Origin: Mobula hypostoma
Taxonomy: Eukaryota
DNA: 64,000 nt
Direction: 5' to 3'
Assembly: GCF_963921235.1 (NCBI RefSeq)
Contig: NC_086106.1
Coordinates: 26,908,001-26,972,000, forward strand
Numbering within the stretch: the stretch's first letter is position 1; each line of letters opens with the position of its first letter. Shown piece by piece: positions 26,250 through 38,808 of this stretch. The notes under the pieces are model-generated. The model was not told where the DNA came from, made no database searches, and saw only the letters and a program-made list of their open reading frames with translations. Made by a program: the position numbers and the translations under genes.

Positions 26250-26604
26250 TGCATTTCGGGGAATATACTCACGAATACAGATGTAGTAATATAAAGGCAT
26301 CCGTTAGTCTTGCAAGACCATGGGTCTACGCCTGGAAAGTTTTCACTCTCCAGGGCACAGGCCTGGGCAAGGTTGTATGGAAGACCAGCAGTTGTCCATG
26401 CTCCAAGTCTCCCCTCTCCACGACACCAATGTTGTCCAAGGGAAGGGCATTCAGACCCATACAGTTTGGCAACAATGTCGTCGCAGAGCAATGTGTGATG
26501 AAGTGCCTTGCTCAAGGACACAACACATTCTCTCTCTGTGGCTCGAACTTAGGACCTTCAGGTAGCTAGTCCAATAACTTAACCACTTGGTCACGTGCCC
26601 ACAC
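26250..26604 (-). mobile_element. tRNA-derived SINE
   Basis: Minus strand has A box TGACCAAGTGG, B box GTTCGAGCC and the core TGTGTCCTTGAGCAAGGCACTT. Confidence 0.75.
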
Positions 26605-26605
26605 T

Positions 26606-26790
26606 GGCTGCTGGCGTAGTGGCATCAGCGCCGGACCTCGGAGTGAAGGTTGTGGAGTTCGAATCCAGCAAGCTCCCTTCCACGCTTTCCATCCATGCTG
26701 GGTTAAGCGTCGAGCCAGCAACTGGGCCTCTTAAAAATAAAAAAAGCTTACTAAAAACCGCCAGTGTCCCGATGACTCCACTTTGACTTA
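26606..26790 (+). mobile_element. tRNA-derived SINE
   Basis: A box TGGCGTAGTGG and B box GTTCGAATCC; same family as 1332-1528. Confidence 0.75.
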
Positions 26791-29700
26791 AGGAGTTTCT
26801 TCATATGTAATTAAAAATAAATAATTACCCAGTCTCACAGTAAATGCATGCCATCTCATATTAGATATAATGAAACACACACACACACAATAAAAACGAC
26901 AACAACTGAGGATAAAGTGCTGTTCGCTGATTTTATCTAATCTTCTCATAATCTTATAAAGTTCTGTACATCTTCCCGTGTCATCCGCCACTCCAGAGAG
27001 AATAACCAGAACGTATCGAACCTCTCGTTGTATCATTTGCCTTCAAATCCAGGCAGCATCCTCGCCAAACCTTCTGCACCACACAAAATCCCCGACGTAT
27101 TTCCCATTTTGCGGTGACTAGAAAATTATACAACATTCCAACTGCTCCTAACCAGAGATGTGTAAACTAGCAAAATAGCTTCCTAACTTTAGGATTTCAT
27201 GCAACGACTAATAGCTGCAAGCATTCCTGGTATCTTCTTAACCACACTGTCAACCTCTATGTAGCTAGTGTCAGGTAGCTATGAACCTGCACTACGAGAT
27301 CCTTCTGCTCAGCAGCACTATTCGGGGTATCGAACTTAACAGTGTACTGTATCTTTACATTTACCAAGCTGAATCAGTACCCAGTTGGCAGAGCGAAATA
27401 CAGTCGTCATTTCACCGCCCATATCTGCAACAGTTTCCACTGAGTTTTCGGCGAGTCGTCTACTCTCCCCACGACATCACCAAGTCTAGCTAAATTTCTA
27501 GCGCCTACATAGTATGTCTATCCCGTACATTTTAGAGATCTGAAATAAACGATGTTACCAGACAAAAGCTACGTTGTCACGGAGTGAACGTTAAAAATCA
27601 GCAAATGTTACAGCAGGATTAGGCCATCTAACTTAGATCTTCCGCTGTAATGAGTTGTGCTGACTTGTGCACTTCCATATCCTTGCAGAATATTAAACGT
27701 GGCACAACCCGGTGCGCTACTATCCCATATTAGTCGGTTAAGACAGGCTTACCTTAAACGAAACCGGGACACGAAATATGTATGCAAGATAAGAAGCAGG
27801 AATATATCGTTCAACTATTTATATTGTGCCCGGTTATCACGTCTTTTGACATCCTCTATTTTCTCATCTGTTTGCTCCTGTTTACGAGCGTTCGCTGCAT
27901 ATATGCTGACTGTTCGCTGTTTTCGAATTACGAAAACATTTCAGACACTGTATGATGGCTCAGGATTGTGCTGATCTGAGGAATGAACAGAACTGAAATG
28001 GTATCTGTTATCCAGTCGGTTGCAAGTGACAGGTTGTGATCTTTGTCGAAACTGGTGTTAATACGCGTGAAATCTCAGTGCATGTTGTATAAGTAGTCAC
28101 TAAAAAAAAACACACAAACAAACACATAACTTTATGCTCAAGTGTGGGAAATTACTTGTCAGCTTATTTAATGTTCTAAAATCTATAGTAATCGCAGATG
28201 GACTCGCGGTTGGCGCTGACATAAATACTCTCAGAAATACAAGTCCCAGGTTAGAATGCGGAGGAACAGAAATGGAACCAAATTTTCCCCACCAACGCAG
28301 TGCTTATTTAGAGGGAGAAATATGCAAATAATCAAACAATGTAGCAGTTATGATTCACCTTTCAGATATCCTTCTGTCAGCTGCATTGTATTAAAATTGG
28401 TATTAAACAGGATCGTTCAGCGTATTTTTTTCCCGAACTCACAGAAAAACTTAACATACCGAGTCCAGATCGGGTGAGATTTAATGAATCACTCGCTCTC
28501 TGCTTATACGGCCTCTTATCGGTCGAGATGTCCTTTCTCTCACACATGTTGTTTTTAGAATATTATCCTTCTGCTAGTCTGCACTCTTCAGGGTAGAGAA
28601 CTCAATAGTGTATTTTATCTTTACGTTTAACTTACCAACCTGCAGTACTACACAATTGGCAGGGCTGAATGCGATTTTCATTTTACCAACCATATCTGCA
28701 ACAGTTCAATTCTCCACTGTGTTTTGACGAATTTCCTACGCTATCCACAACATCAGCAAACTTTGTATCTTCACAAAACATGCTAACCCGCACATTAATA
28801 TGTTAGTTTTATAATTTATCTATATCACAATTAACAGAGATCCCAGCACATATCCGTGTGCAATACTATTAATAACATAACTCCTGCTAAAATAAGCCCC
28901 TTCGACCGTCAGCTCTCTCTTTGCTGGGCAAACCAGTTAAGAATGCAGAATGGCGAAAGAAGCATTCATCTCATGCATCTTAATTTTTGATAAGGTCCCG
29001 TGAATGATCTTGACGAATGTTTGACTAAAATTCATCTAGACAAAATTCACAGCTCTACCTTCCTCAATTACCATCGGCACCTTTACAAAAAAAAAATCGT
29101 CTTTAGAAAGATATGGTGGGCCTGCACAAACTACAACAGGCTCTTATTAATCAGGAACAGGATTTGTAAATATTCTTAAATCCTCTCCATATTAATTACC
29201 GTCAGTACCTTCGCCAAGAAAAGTGTTTGGATACATCGATGTCAAACCTCTTCAAGATACCCAAACTATTTTCTGGTTTACTTCAAAATGTATGTTACTA
29301 ATCTCAGCACTAACATCCCTATTCTCCGGATTCTCCTCCTTCGTCAGACGCAAGAACCGAGAAAACAAAACACCTGAATTCTGATACACGTTGTTGTTCT
29401 CCGAGACCTTTTGAAGGGATTATATAAAGGAAAGGTTTTTCTCAAACATGAGAATTATTCACGGCGACAGAATGTGGGGCTTTACACGGTAGACGTTCCA
29501 TAAAAATGATGTTCGAGACTTTATGGAAGGGCAGATTTCTTTGATCCAACGTGATCACATTTTTGGAGATCTTACTGTAATAATCTCAACCTGAATGGAT
29601 TGTGTTCTCCGTTGGTCGGTCGCATTTAAATGCAGAGTTTTGGAATTTTAGTGTGCTTTGAAATGATATTATATGGCCCTAAAGCATTTCTTGGACATGA

Positions 29701-32700
29701 TCCAATGATTTTGACATTGTATTCAGACATATCCATTACTGACACCTTCAATGGGATGATGTTGTGGAATTCTCTGTTAAGAATCAATGGTTCTGATTCC
29801 TCTGGCGTGCTTAATGCTGGGGTGTAGTATTGGTCGTCCCTTGCTATTCCAGCAGGGATGTCACTGTTTTCAATCTGACACGATCGGATATTCCAAGAAC
29901 GAGAACCAAATAAGCAAATGGACACACATTTTGAGGCAAAAATGTTTTTCGGTCTATTCAGGCGTTAAAATGCGAGTGGCGGTGGGGATGGGGATTGTGG
30001 AACAGTTTCCAGGTACACGCGCAGCACTGAATGGGTTACTGGGGGTGATGAAACGATGGAGAGACATAGCATTTCAATACTCTTATCTCAATATTACCCT
30101 GTTAATCGAAATCCCCATATTTTCTTGATCAGGAATGGTCGCCGCAGGGAAGTATCCTGTCGGGTTCTGTCTGACAATTTGAAAATAAAAACAGACCACT
30201 GCATTCAGAGAGTTATTTTCAGGGATATGAATTCACCATATTGCCACGAGGTCAGTGTGCGAGCTGCGAAATATTCTGAGAACTTGAGACTTCAATTAGA
30301 AGGAAGGAAAGTTAATGCCTCATGTCTGAATCCCAGTCTTTTCCAGCTCCCTGGTAATTCAGTGAATGATAAATGCAAATTTGGATTTAATCTGAATGTT
30401 GCACCCCCTGACCAATAAGACCATTTTCTGGCTGTATGTGAAACCTGTTGCTGGGAAGATGTTGATCTCATGGTGTTCTTTTTCATAACCAATTACTTTC
30501 TGTCTCTGTGCAGCCGACTGGAACCAGTTTGTTTTTCGTTGCATGGGACATGCAGATGTTTCCTTTCAGTTGTTTCAGTGAAGTCAAATGTTGGACTCCG
30601 GCCACAGAAATTGAATGAGAGATGTAGATTACATGTGGATCGGAAAGGAGATTAAAAGCAAAAATTCCAATAAGTGTCAATCTTTCATTCATACATTTCG
30701 CCTGCAATCGCATTCAAATATGCAATGTTGATGGAAGTAATAAACGGTCAGTTTAATTCGAAAGGATGAATTCAATATATGAAAGATTAGTTTATCTTTA
30801 ACATTGTGTGGCTTTGCAATCTTAAAGGAAAGTCTTTCAACCACATTCTGTACTACTGCCATGACTGAGGAAATGGAACATAAGATTAAAACTGCGGCCA
30901 GATTAATCGTCCCTCTAAACTATTCTATCAGTCAATTGATACCATCCAATTTAATTTGAGATACCCTCCAAAATAAGTTCCCTATGCGGATTCCACACGC
31001 TGTATCACACAGCCATTCTAACCTTCCTTCATATACAGTATAAAACTGCTTTATACATCAACTTAAATTAATGGGTATACAAACTTTATTTTTAGTTCTC
31101 TCTTACTCCACATTTTACCGGTTTTCTGTCAGAAGAATACCATATTTCACAGTCCGGCACGAATAGACGTTGACAATGTAACTGAACGGAAACAGCTGTG
31201 CATTCTGTGTTTTAAACAGTTGCTTCCAGCACAGCCATGAGTGGGAGAATGCCTGTCAAGGCCATTCCTAACCAACGACTTCAAAATCTGCCCCGATAAT
31301 CACAAGCTGCATTATAAATACGCGTCACAATGCGAGCCAGATTGATCGTGCTGATTCATAAAAGTGTGTGGTCAAAAGGTTTCTCCAGAATGGTATCTGG
31401 AGCAGCAGGAATACTAATGAAATGTGTACGATCAGCCATGATTAAACTCTAGGATGGGACAGCTGCGAACTGCCGTATGGTCTTCTGCTACTTTATTCTC
31501 CCTGCTTCGATGAAGTTCCCCATCTAAACATTTAATGATTCATAATACTTACCCATCAGCGCATTTAAATCATGAATGTCGCCACACCGTGTGAGTAACT
31601 AATTGGAACCATATCATTAAGGAGAAAGTGCCCGATATTATTTATAAAAACGGCTCAATGATTTAATTTTACTTCACCTGAGGTGATTTCAATTTCTTGA
31701 GGATGTTGTACAAGACTGGTATCATATCTGCATGGTACGTTATCTTGCAACAACAGAAAAATATGGAAGTAACATGCAGAAAATGCTGCAGGGTCTAAAC
31801 GAGGCAGGCAGCACCATGGAAATGATCGAACACACGAACGTTCATAAAAACTACTCAGATGGGTCAGTCCACCTCTCGGAGTGTCTCTCACTTTTCATCG
31901 TTTTGTGTGTAAAATGTGTTCGCCTTGGTGCCACTTTTCGATTCGATCCCATATCAATTACCTCCCTTATGATTTAGATTTCAACAAATTTCCATTTTGA
32001 ACGCACTGAGAATTTCCTTCTCTACTTCCATCGAGATAGATGTCTAAAGTATCACATCTCTTGGAAAGAAGATGGTTAAGTTCGTCGTTATCATCCGCGT
32101 CGATTCGATGTGAAGCATCGCTCCTTACTTCTGGACAACGTCTGAAGAAAACTATTCACCGTATCTAGCGGACAATCGATTGTAGAATCCGAAATGTTAT
32201 ATTTAGTTCATCACTAAGGAGGTCCCATGTGAGTGACACCACATGATGCAATCTTTAATTTGCACGTCAGGCCAGGAAAACACTGCAATGTCTCCAACAA
32301 AGGAATATCACATATTCACCAAAATTCCCCGAAAAATGCCAAAACATACTATACAGACATCGTACCGTTACAGCTCCCATGGCCTTCCTGACGTGAAATA
32401 AAATACAATTACTCGCTCTTTATTAATTGACGCCGTGAATTCTATTCTGAACCACTTCGATAATCAGCACTCTGATATCCACTCCGGCATTTGAAGAAGA
32501 TTTTGATATCGTCTTTCATATTATTGGCCAGCTTACTTTCTCATTCTTTCTTCTCCTTATTGATAACGTTTTAGTTGTTTTTTTTTTAGGTTAAAATAAC
32601 ACTATCCAATCCTCTACCGTCAAACCAGTTTCTGCTGTATGACATGCCTTCACCTCGTTAACTTTGATTTCTGTTTTTGCACACGGTCCTGTCATCTTTT

Positions 32701-33050
32701 CTTTAGAATGCATCTTTCTCCTTGGTGTCTGTGTGTATCCTGTTCCTTCCGAAGTGTTGCGTGAAATTACAGCCATTGCTGCTCTTCCATCACACCTACC
32801 GGTGTTCTTTTCCATCCATTTCTGCCCAATTCCTCCCTCATGCCTTTGTAATTCCCTTTACTGCACTGGAATATCATCCATCTGGCTTGAGCCTCTCCTT
32901 CTCAAATTTCAGGGTAATCTCTATAATATAATAATCACTTGCCCCGAAGAACGATTTCCCCTTCGATTTCCAATCAATTTTGGTTCATAGCACAGCAGCA
33001 AATGCAGAATAGCGGATCCTCTCGTGAGCTCAACCACAAGTTGCTCTGAA

Positions 33051-36000
33051 AACATAGAAACATAGAAACATAAAAAATAGGTACAGGAGTAGGCCATTCG
33101 GCCCTTCGAGCCTGCACCGCCATTTATTATGATCGTGGCTGATCATCCAACTCAGAACCCTGCACCAGTCTTCCCTCCATACCCTCTGATCTCCCTAGCC
33201 ACAAGGGCCATATCTAACTCCATCTTAAATATAGCCAATGAACCGGCCTCAACTGTTTCCTGTGGCAGAGAATTGCACAGAATCACCACTCTCTGTGTGA
33301 AGAAGTTTTTCCTAATCTCAGTCCTAAAAGGCTTCGCCTTTATCCTCAAACTGTGACCCCTCGTTCTGGACTTCCCCAACATCGGGAACAATCTTCCTGC
33401 ATTTAGCCTGTCCAATCCCTTTAGGATTTTATACGTTTCAATCAGATCTCCCCTCAATCTTCTAAATTCCAACGAGTACAAGCCCAGTTCATCCAGTCTT
33501 TCTTCATATGAAAGACCTGCCATCCCAGGAATCAATCTGGTGAACATTCTTCGTAAGGATATCTTTCCTCAGATTAGAGGACCAAAACTGCACACAATAT
33601 TCCAGGTGTAGTCTCACCAAGGCCTTGTACAACTGCAGTAGTACCTCCCTGCTCCTGTTATACCTCCTTGCTATAAATGCCAGCATACCATTTGCCTTTT
33701 TCACGGCCTGCTGTACCTGCATGCCCACTTTCAATGACTGGTGTATAATGACACTCAGGTCTCGTTGCACCTCCCCTTTTCCTAATCGACCACCATTCAG
33801 ATAATAATCTGTATTGCTATTTTTGCCACCAAAGTGGATAACTTCACATTTATCCACATTAAATTGCATCTGCCATGAATTTGCCCACTCATCCAACCTA
33901 TCCAAGTCACCCTGCATGCACTTAGCATCCTCCTCACAGCTAACACTGCCGCCCAGCTTCGTGTCATCCGCAAACTTGGAGATGCTGCATTTAATTCCCT
34001 CATCCAAGTCATTAATATATATTGTAAACAACTGGGGTCCCAGCACTGAGCCTTGCGGTACCCCACTAGTCACTGCCTGCCATTCTGAAAAGGTCCCGTT
34101 TATTCCCACTCGTTGCTTCCTGTCTGCTAACCAATTTTCTATCCACATCAATACCTTACCCCCAATACCGTGTGCTTTAAGTTTGCACACTAATCTATCT
34201 CCTGTGTGGGACCTTGTCAAAAGCCTTTTGAAAATCCAAATATACCAAATCCACTGGTTCTCCCCTCTCCACTCTACTAGATGCATCCTCAAAAAATTCT
34301 ATGAGATTCGTCAGACATGATTTTCCTTTCACATATCCATGCTGACTTTGTCCGATCATTTCACCGCTTTCCAAATATGCTGTTATCCCATCTTTGATAA
34401 CTGACTCCAGCAGTTACCCCACCACCGACGTTAGGCTAACCAGTCTATAATTTCCCGGTTTCTCTCTCCTTCCTTTTTTAAAAAGTGGGGTTACATTAGC
34501 CACCCTCCAATCCTCCGGAACTAGTCCAGAATCTAACCAGTTTTCAAAACTTATCACTAATACATCCACTATTTCTTGGGCTACTTCCTTAAGCACTCTG
34601 GGATGCAGACCATCTGGCCCTGGGGATTTATCTGCCTTTAATCCCTTCAATTTACCTAACACAACTTCCCTACTAACATGTATTTAGCTCAGTTCCTCCA
34701 TCTCACTGGACCCCCTGTCCCCTACTATTTCTGGAAGATTATTCATATCCTCCTTAGTGAAGACAGAACCAAAGGAATTATTCAATTGGTCTGCCATGTC
34801 CTTGCTCCCCATAATCAATTCACCTGTTTCCGTCTGTAGGGGACCTACATTTGTCTTTACCAGTCTTTTCCTTTTTACATATCTATAAAAGCTTTTACAG
34901 TCAGTTTTTATGTTCCCTGCCAGTTTTCTCTCATAATCTTTTTTCCCCTTCCTAATTAAGCCCTTTGTCCTCCTCTGCTGAACTCTGAATTTCTCCCAGT
35001 CCTCAGGTGAGCCACTTTTTCTGGCTAATTTGTATGCTTCTTTTTTGGAATTTATACTATCCCTAAATTCTCTTGTCAGCCACGGGTGCACTACCTTCCT
35101 TAATTTATTCTTTTGCCATACTGGGATGAACAATTGTTGCAGTTCATCCATGCAATCTTTAAATGCTTGCCATTGCATATCCACTGTCAATCCTTTAAGT
35201 GTCATTTGCCAGTCTATGTTAGCTAATTCACGTCTCATACCTTTAAAGTTACCCCTCTTTAAATTCAGAACCTTTGTTTCTGAATTAACTATGTCACTCT
35301 CCATCTTAATGAAGAATTCCACCATATTATGTTCACTCTTACCCAGGGGACTCTCACGACAAGATTGCTAATTAACCCTTCCTCATTGCTCAAAACCTAG
35401 TCTAGAATAGCCTGTCCTCTAGTTGGTTCCTCGACATGTTGGTTCAAAAAACCATCCCGCATACATTCCAAGAAATCCTCTTCCTCAGCATCTTTACCAA
35501 TTTGGTTCACCCAATCTACATGTAGATTGAAGTCACCCATTATAACTGCTGTTCCTTTATTGCACACATTTCTAATTTCCTGTTTAATACCATCCCCGAC
35601 ATCACTACAACTGTTAGGTGGCCTGTACACAACTCCCACCAGCGTTTTCTGCCCCTTAGTATTAGCTCTACCCATATCGATTCCACATCTTCCCGGCTTA
35701 TGTCCTACCTTCCTATTGCGTTAATCTTATCTTTAACCAGCAACGCCACCCCACCTCCTTTTCTTTCATGTCTATCTCTCCTGAATATTGAATATCCCTG
35801 AACGTTGAGCTCCCATCCTTGGTCACCCTGGAGCCATGTCTCTGTGATCCCAACTATATCATAATCATTAATAACAATCTGCAGTTTCAATTCATCCACC
35901 TTGTTACGAATGCTCCTGGCATTGACACACAAAGCCTTCAGGCGCTCTTTTACAACTCTCTTAGCCCTTATACAATTATGTTGAAAAGTGGCCCTTTTTG

Positions 36001-36763
36001 ATGCATGCCCTGGATTTGTCGGCCTGCCAATTTTACTTTTCTCCTTAATACCTTTTGCTTCTACCCTCACTTTAATCCACACTGTCTCTCTGCACTGGTT
36101 CCCATCCCCCTGTTGTGAACTAACCTCCTCTCGCCTAGCCTCTTTAATTTGATTCCCACCCCCCCCCCCAACCATTCTAGTTTAAAGTCACCACAGTAGC
36201 CCTCGCTAATCTCCCTGCCAGGATATTAGTCCCCCTAGGATTCAAGTGTAACCCGTCCTTTTTGTACAGGTCAAGACTGCGCCAAAAGAGGTCCCAATGA
36301 TCCAAAAACTTGAATCCCTGTCCCCTGCTCCAATCTCTCAGCCACGCATTTATCCTCCACCTCATCGCATTCCTACACTCACTGTCGCGTGGCACAGGCG
36401 GTAATCCCGAGATTACTACCTTTGCGGTCCTTTTTCTCAACTCCCTTCCGAGCTCCCTATATTCTCCTTTCAGGACCTCTTCCCTTTTCCTACCTATGTC
36501 ATTGGTACCTATATGTACCACGACCTCTGGCTCCTCACCCTCCCACTTCAGGATATCTTGGACGCGATCAGAAATATCCCGGAACCTGGCACCAGGTAGG
36601 CAAACTACCATCCGGGTCTCTGGACTGCGTCCACAGAATCGCCTATCTGACCCCCTTACTATCGAGTCCCCTATCACAACTGCCCTCCTCTTCCTTTCCC
36701 TACCCTTCTGAGCTACAGGGCCGGACTCTGTGCCGGAGGCACGGCCACTGTCGCTTCCCCCGG
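33051..36763 (-). mobile_element. Young, nearly full-length CR1 LINE (ORF1 SGNH esterase domain plus frameshifted ORF2 EN-RT)
   Basis: ORF1 part 36177-36779 has AVVIGDSIVRG, VCLPGA, HIGTNDIG, DGLHLN. ORF2 pieces have YDIVGITETWL, IMGDFNL, SPGPDGLHPRVLKE, GVPQGSVLGPQLF, KFADDTKLGG. 3' (TTTCTATG)n tail at 33051-33075. Confidence 0.95.
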
Positions 36764-38213
36764 GAAAAAACACAGACATCTTGTTGGCATCTTGGAAATT
36801 TCTCCTCCTTTAATACAGCACCAACCTCATTTTCCCAATCTACCGTCAATTTAACCTCCCCCACGAGTATTGTAACAATGTCCTTTGGCATGCATGTTCT
36901 ACATCCAGTTGTAATTTGTCGGCCAAAACCTTAAGAACGTTTAGGGGTCTGTATGTAACTCCTATCAAAGTCTTTTTACCCTTGCAGTTCCTCAGCTGTA
37001 TCCACAATTATTTAATAGCTTCTGACCATTTGTTACCTTTATTTAATAATTTAATTATATTTCATACTGACAGAACAACGCTACCCGCTTTACCTACTTG
37101 CCCAATGTTTTGATGTAATGCGTATCCTTGAACATTAAGTTCGCAGTTACTATCTTTTAGTGACTATTCACTGATGTCGAGAACATCATAACTGCCAATC
37201 TGCAACAGTGCTGCAAGTTCATCTACCTTATTCTGTATTCTGCATACTGCGCGCATTCGAGGACAGCAACTTCACCCTGTTCGATTTTGTCGGTACTTTA
37301 CACTGCACCATACCTGTTAGATTTCAAGACAGTTAACTCTCTTCAGCACTGTTGTGCGCTATGCCTACAACATTTCCTGCTTTGAAATAAAGAGAGCTCG
37401 ACCCAAATACTACCCTATGCCTTTTCCTCCTTCTCCCATTCCCTTCAGATGGCAGGACCTGGACATCGATCAAGAGGACGATAGGTCTCTGAAGAAAGGA
37501 TTTTCATTTGGGATCTCTCGCTTACCCAGACACAGTTTCTTCCTTCTCTCACCCCCAGATCCTACGTCTTACTACATTGATCACTGTCAGTCCCTACAAG
37601 AGACTGGGCAGGGCCATGGAGCGCAGTAGAGACTTTGTGTTGCTCCACATCCGCCAGCTAGGTCTTGTGAGGTTTGGGTTGAAATAAAAATGTGTGATCT
37701 GGTACGGTGGAGGTATGGAGAAGAGTTGAAATGAGAATTGGGGGACAGAGATGTATAGGGGAGGGGAAAGGAGAAAGGTGTGTCACAATGGCGGGGGCAT
37801 TGGGAGCAAGGGTGGAACCAAATGCAAGACACATCTTCTGAGGTTAATTAAATTTTAGTTTATTGTTCGATACCAGGAGAGCAAAGCAGAAGTAGGAATA
37901 GCGAACAGGATAAGGACTAAGGATTACGACTAGGCTGGGACCAAGTGTCTGGGCTTGGACTCGGAATCGGCTCCCAGAACTAGATGAGACATGAAGAGGC
38001 TAGGGTATTGACTCCGAGCCAGATACGGGGAAAGGACCCAGTACCCGGGTTTTGCCTCGGGCTCCGACCCCATGACATGACATGAGCTAGGGAGAGCAGG
38101 AACATGGAAAACAGAACCTCGGTCTCGGCAGAACAGGTACACGGAAACATGGACACATACACAGAACACCGAGTCGGGACCCCTCCTTGGGTACAGGACA
38201 TAGAGTCGGGACT

Positions 38214-38505
38214 CATGACCCTCCGCGGGGCAACGGCAAGACGGCCTGACCTACCCCACGAAGGCGAGGACAAGACAGGACAAGACATGACCCCCCGCGG
38301 GGAAAATGCAAGGCAGCCTGACTTAACCCACGGAGGCGAGGACAAGACAAGACGGGACATGACCCCCCGCGGGGCTAAGGCAAGACAGCCTGACTTACCC
38401 CACGGAGGCGAGGATAGGACAAGACAAGACATGATTCCCCGCAGGGCAACGGCAAGTCGGCCTGACTTACCCCACGGAGGCCAGGACAAGACAAGACAAG
38501 ACCAA
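38214..38505. repeat. Tandem array of four 72-bp units
   Basis: Units start with CATGA at 38214, 38286, 38358 and 38430; each has CCCCGC(G/A)GGG and CCTGAC(T/C)TA(C/A)CCCACG. Confidence 0.95.
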
Positions 38506-38646
38506 AACGAATGAACACCAGAGAGTATCTATCTAGCTCCGGTGACGGAACTGGATCGAAGTGCAGGCGGGGACTGCAGACGAGGGCTAGAGGCGAGAGG
38601 GGCAGAGAAGGGATACAGACAAGGGGGTAGGACAGGAATCAGAGAC

Positions 38647-38808
38647 CGCCAGGGCCAGGACTTGACTCAGAACAGGGAAGCCGCCAGGACTAGGACTTGA
38701 CTTGGTGCTTGAATGCCGCCAGGGCAGGACTTTACTTGGTGCCTGAATGCCGCCGGAGCCAGGACTTGACTTGGTGCCTGAATGCCGCCGGAGCCAGGAC
38801 TTGACTTG
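38647..38808. repeat. Tandem array of about five roughly 35-bp units
   Basis: GCCGCCGGAGCCAGGACTTGACTTGGTGCCTGAAT and variants. Confidence 0.9.

Larger units (their letters stand above)
24900..28535. repeat. Old direct duplication of about 1 kb (about 24900-25930 and 27500-28535)
   Basis: Collinear anchors AAACCGGGACACGAAAT (25163 and 27761), TGCGCTACTAT, GGTTGCAAGTGA, CAGATGGACTC, CCCCACCAACGCA, ATGCAAAT, TTCTGTCAGCTG; offset about 2.6 kb. Confidence 0.85.

Noticed and set aside
29626-29925. 99-aa minus-strand ORF in apparently unique DNA
   Set aside because: No recognisable motif, splice context or codon-level support.
30292-30713. Minus-strand peptide TNWFQSAAQRQKVIGY resembling an Ig V FR2
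   Set aside because: No in-frame first Cys, no DxAxYYC, no leader or RSS; likely chance.
33814-36934. Several 110-180 aa plus-strand ORFs
   Set aside because: They are antisense shadows of the CR1 ORFs.
38214-38808. Regular arrays as CRISPR-like repeats
   Set aside because: The units are contiguous with no unique spacers, lie inside an LTR-like element, and the DNA is vertebrate.
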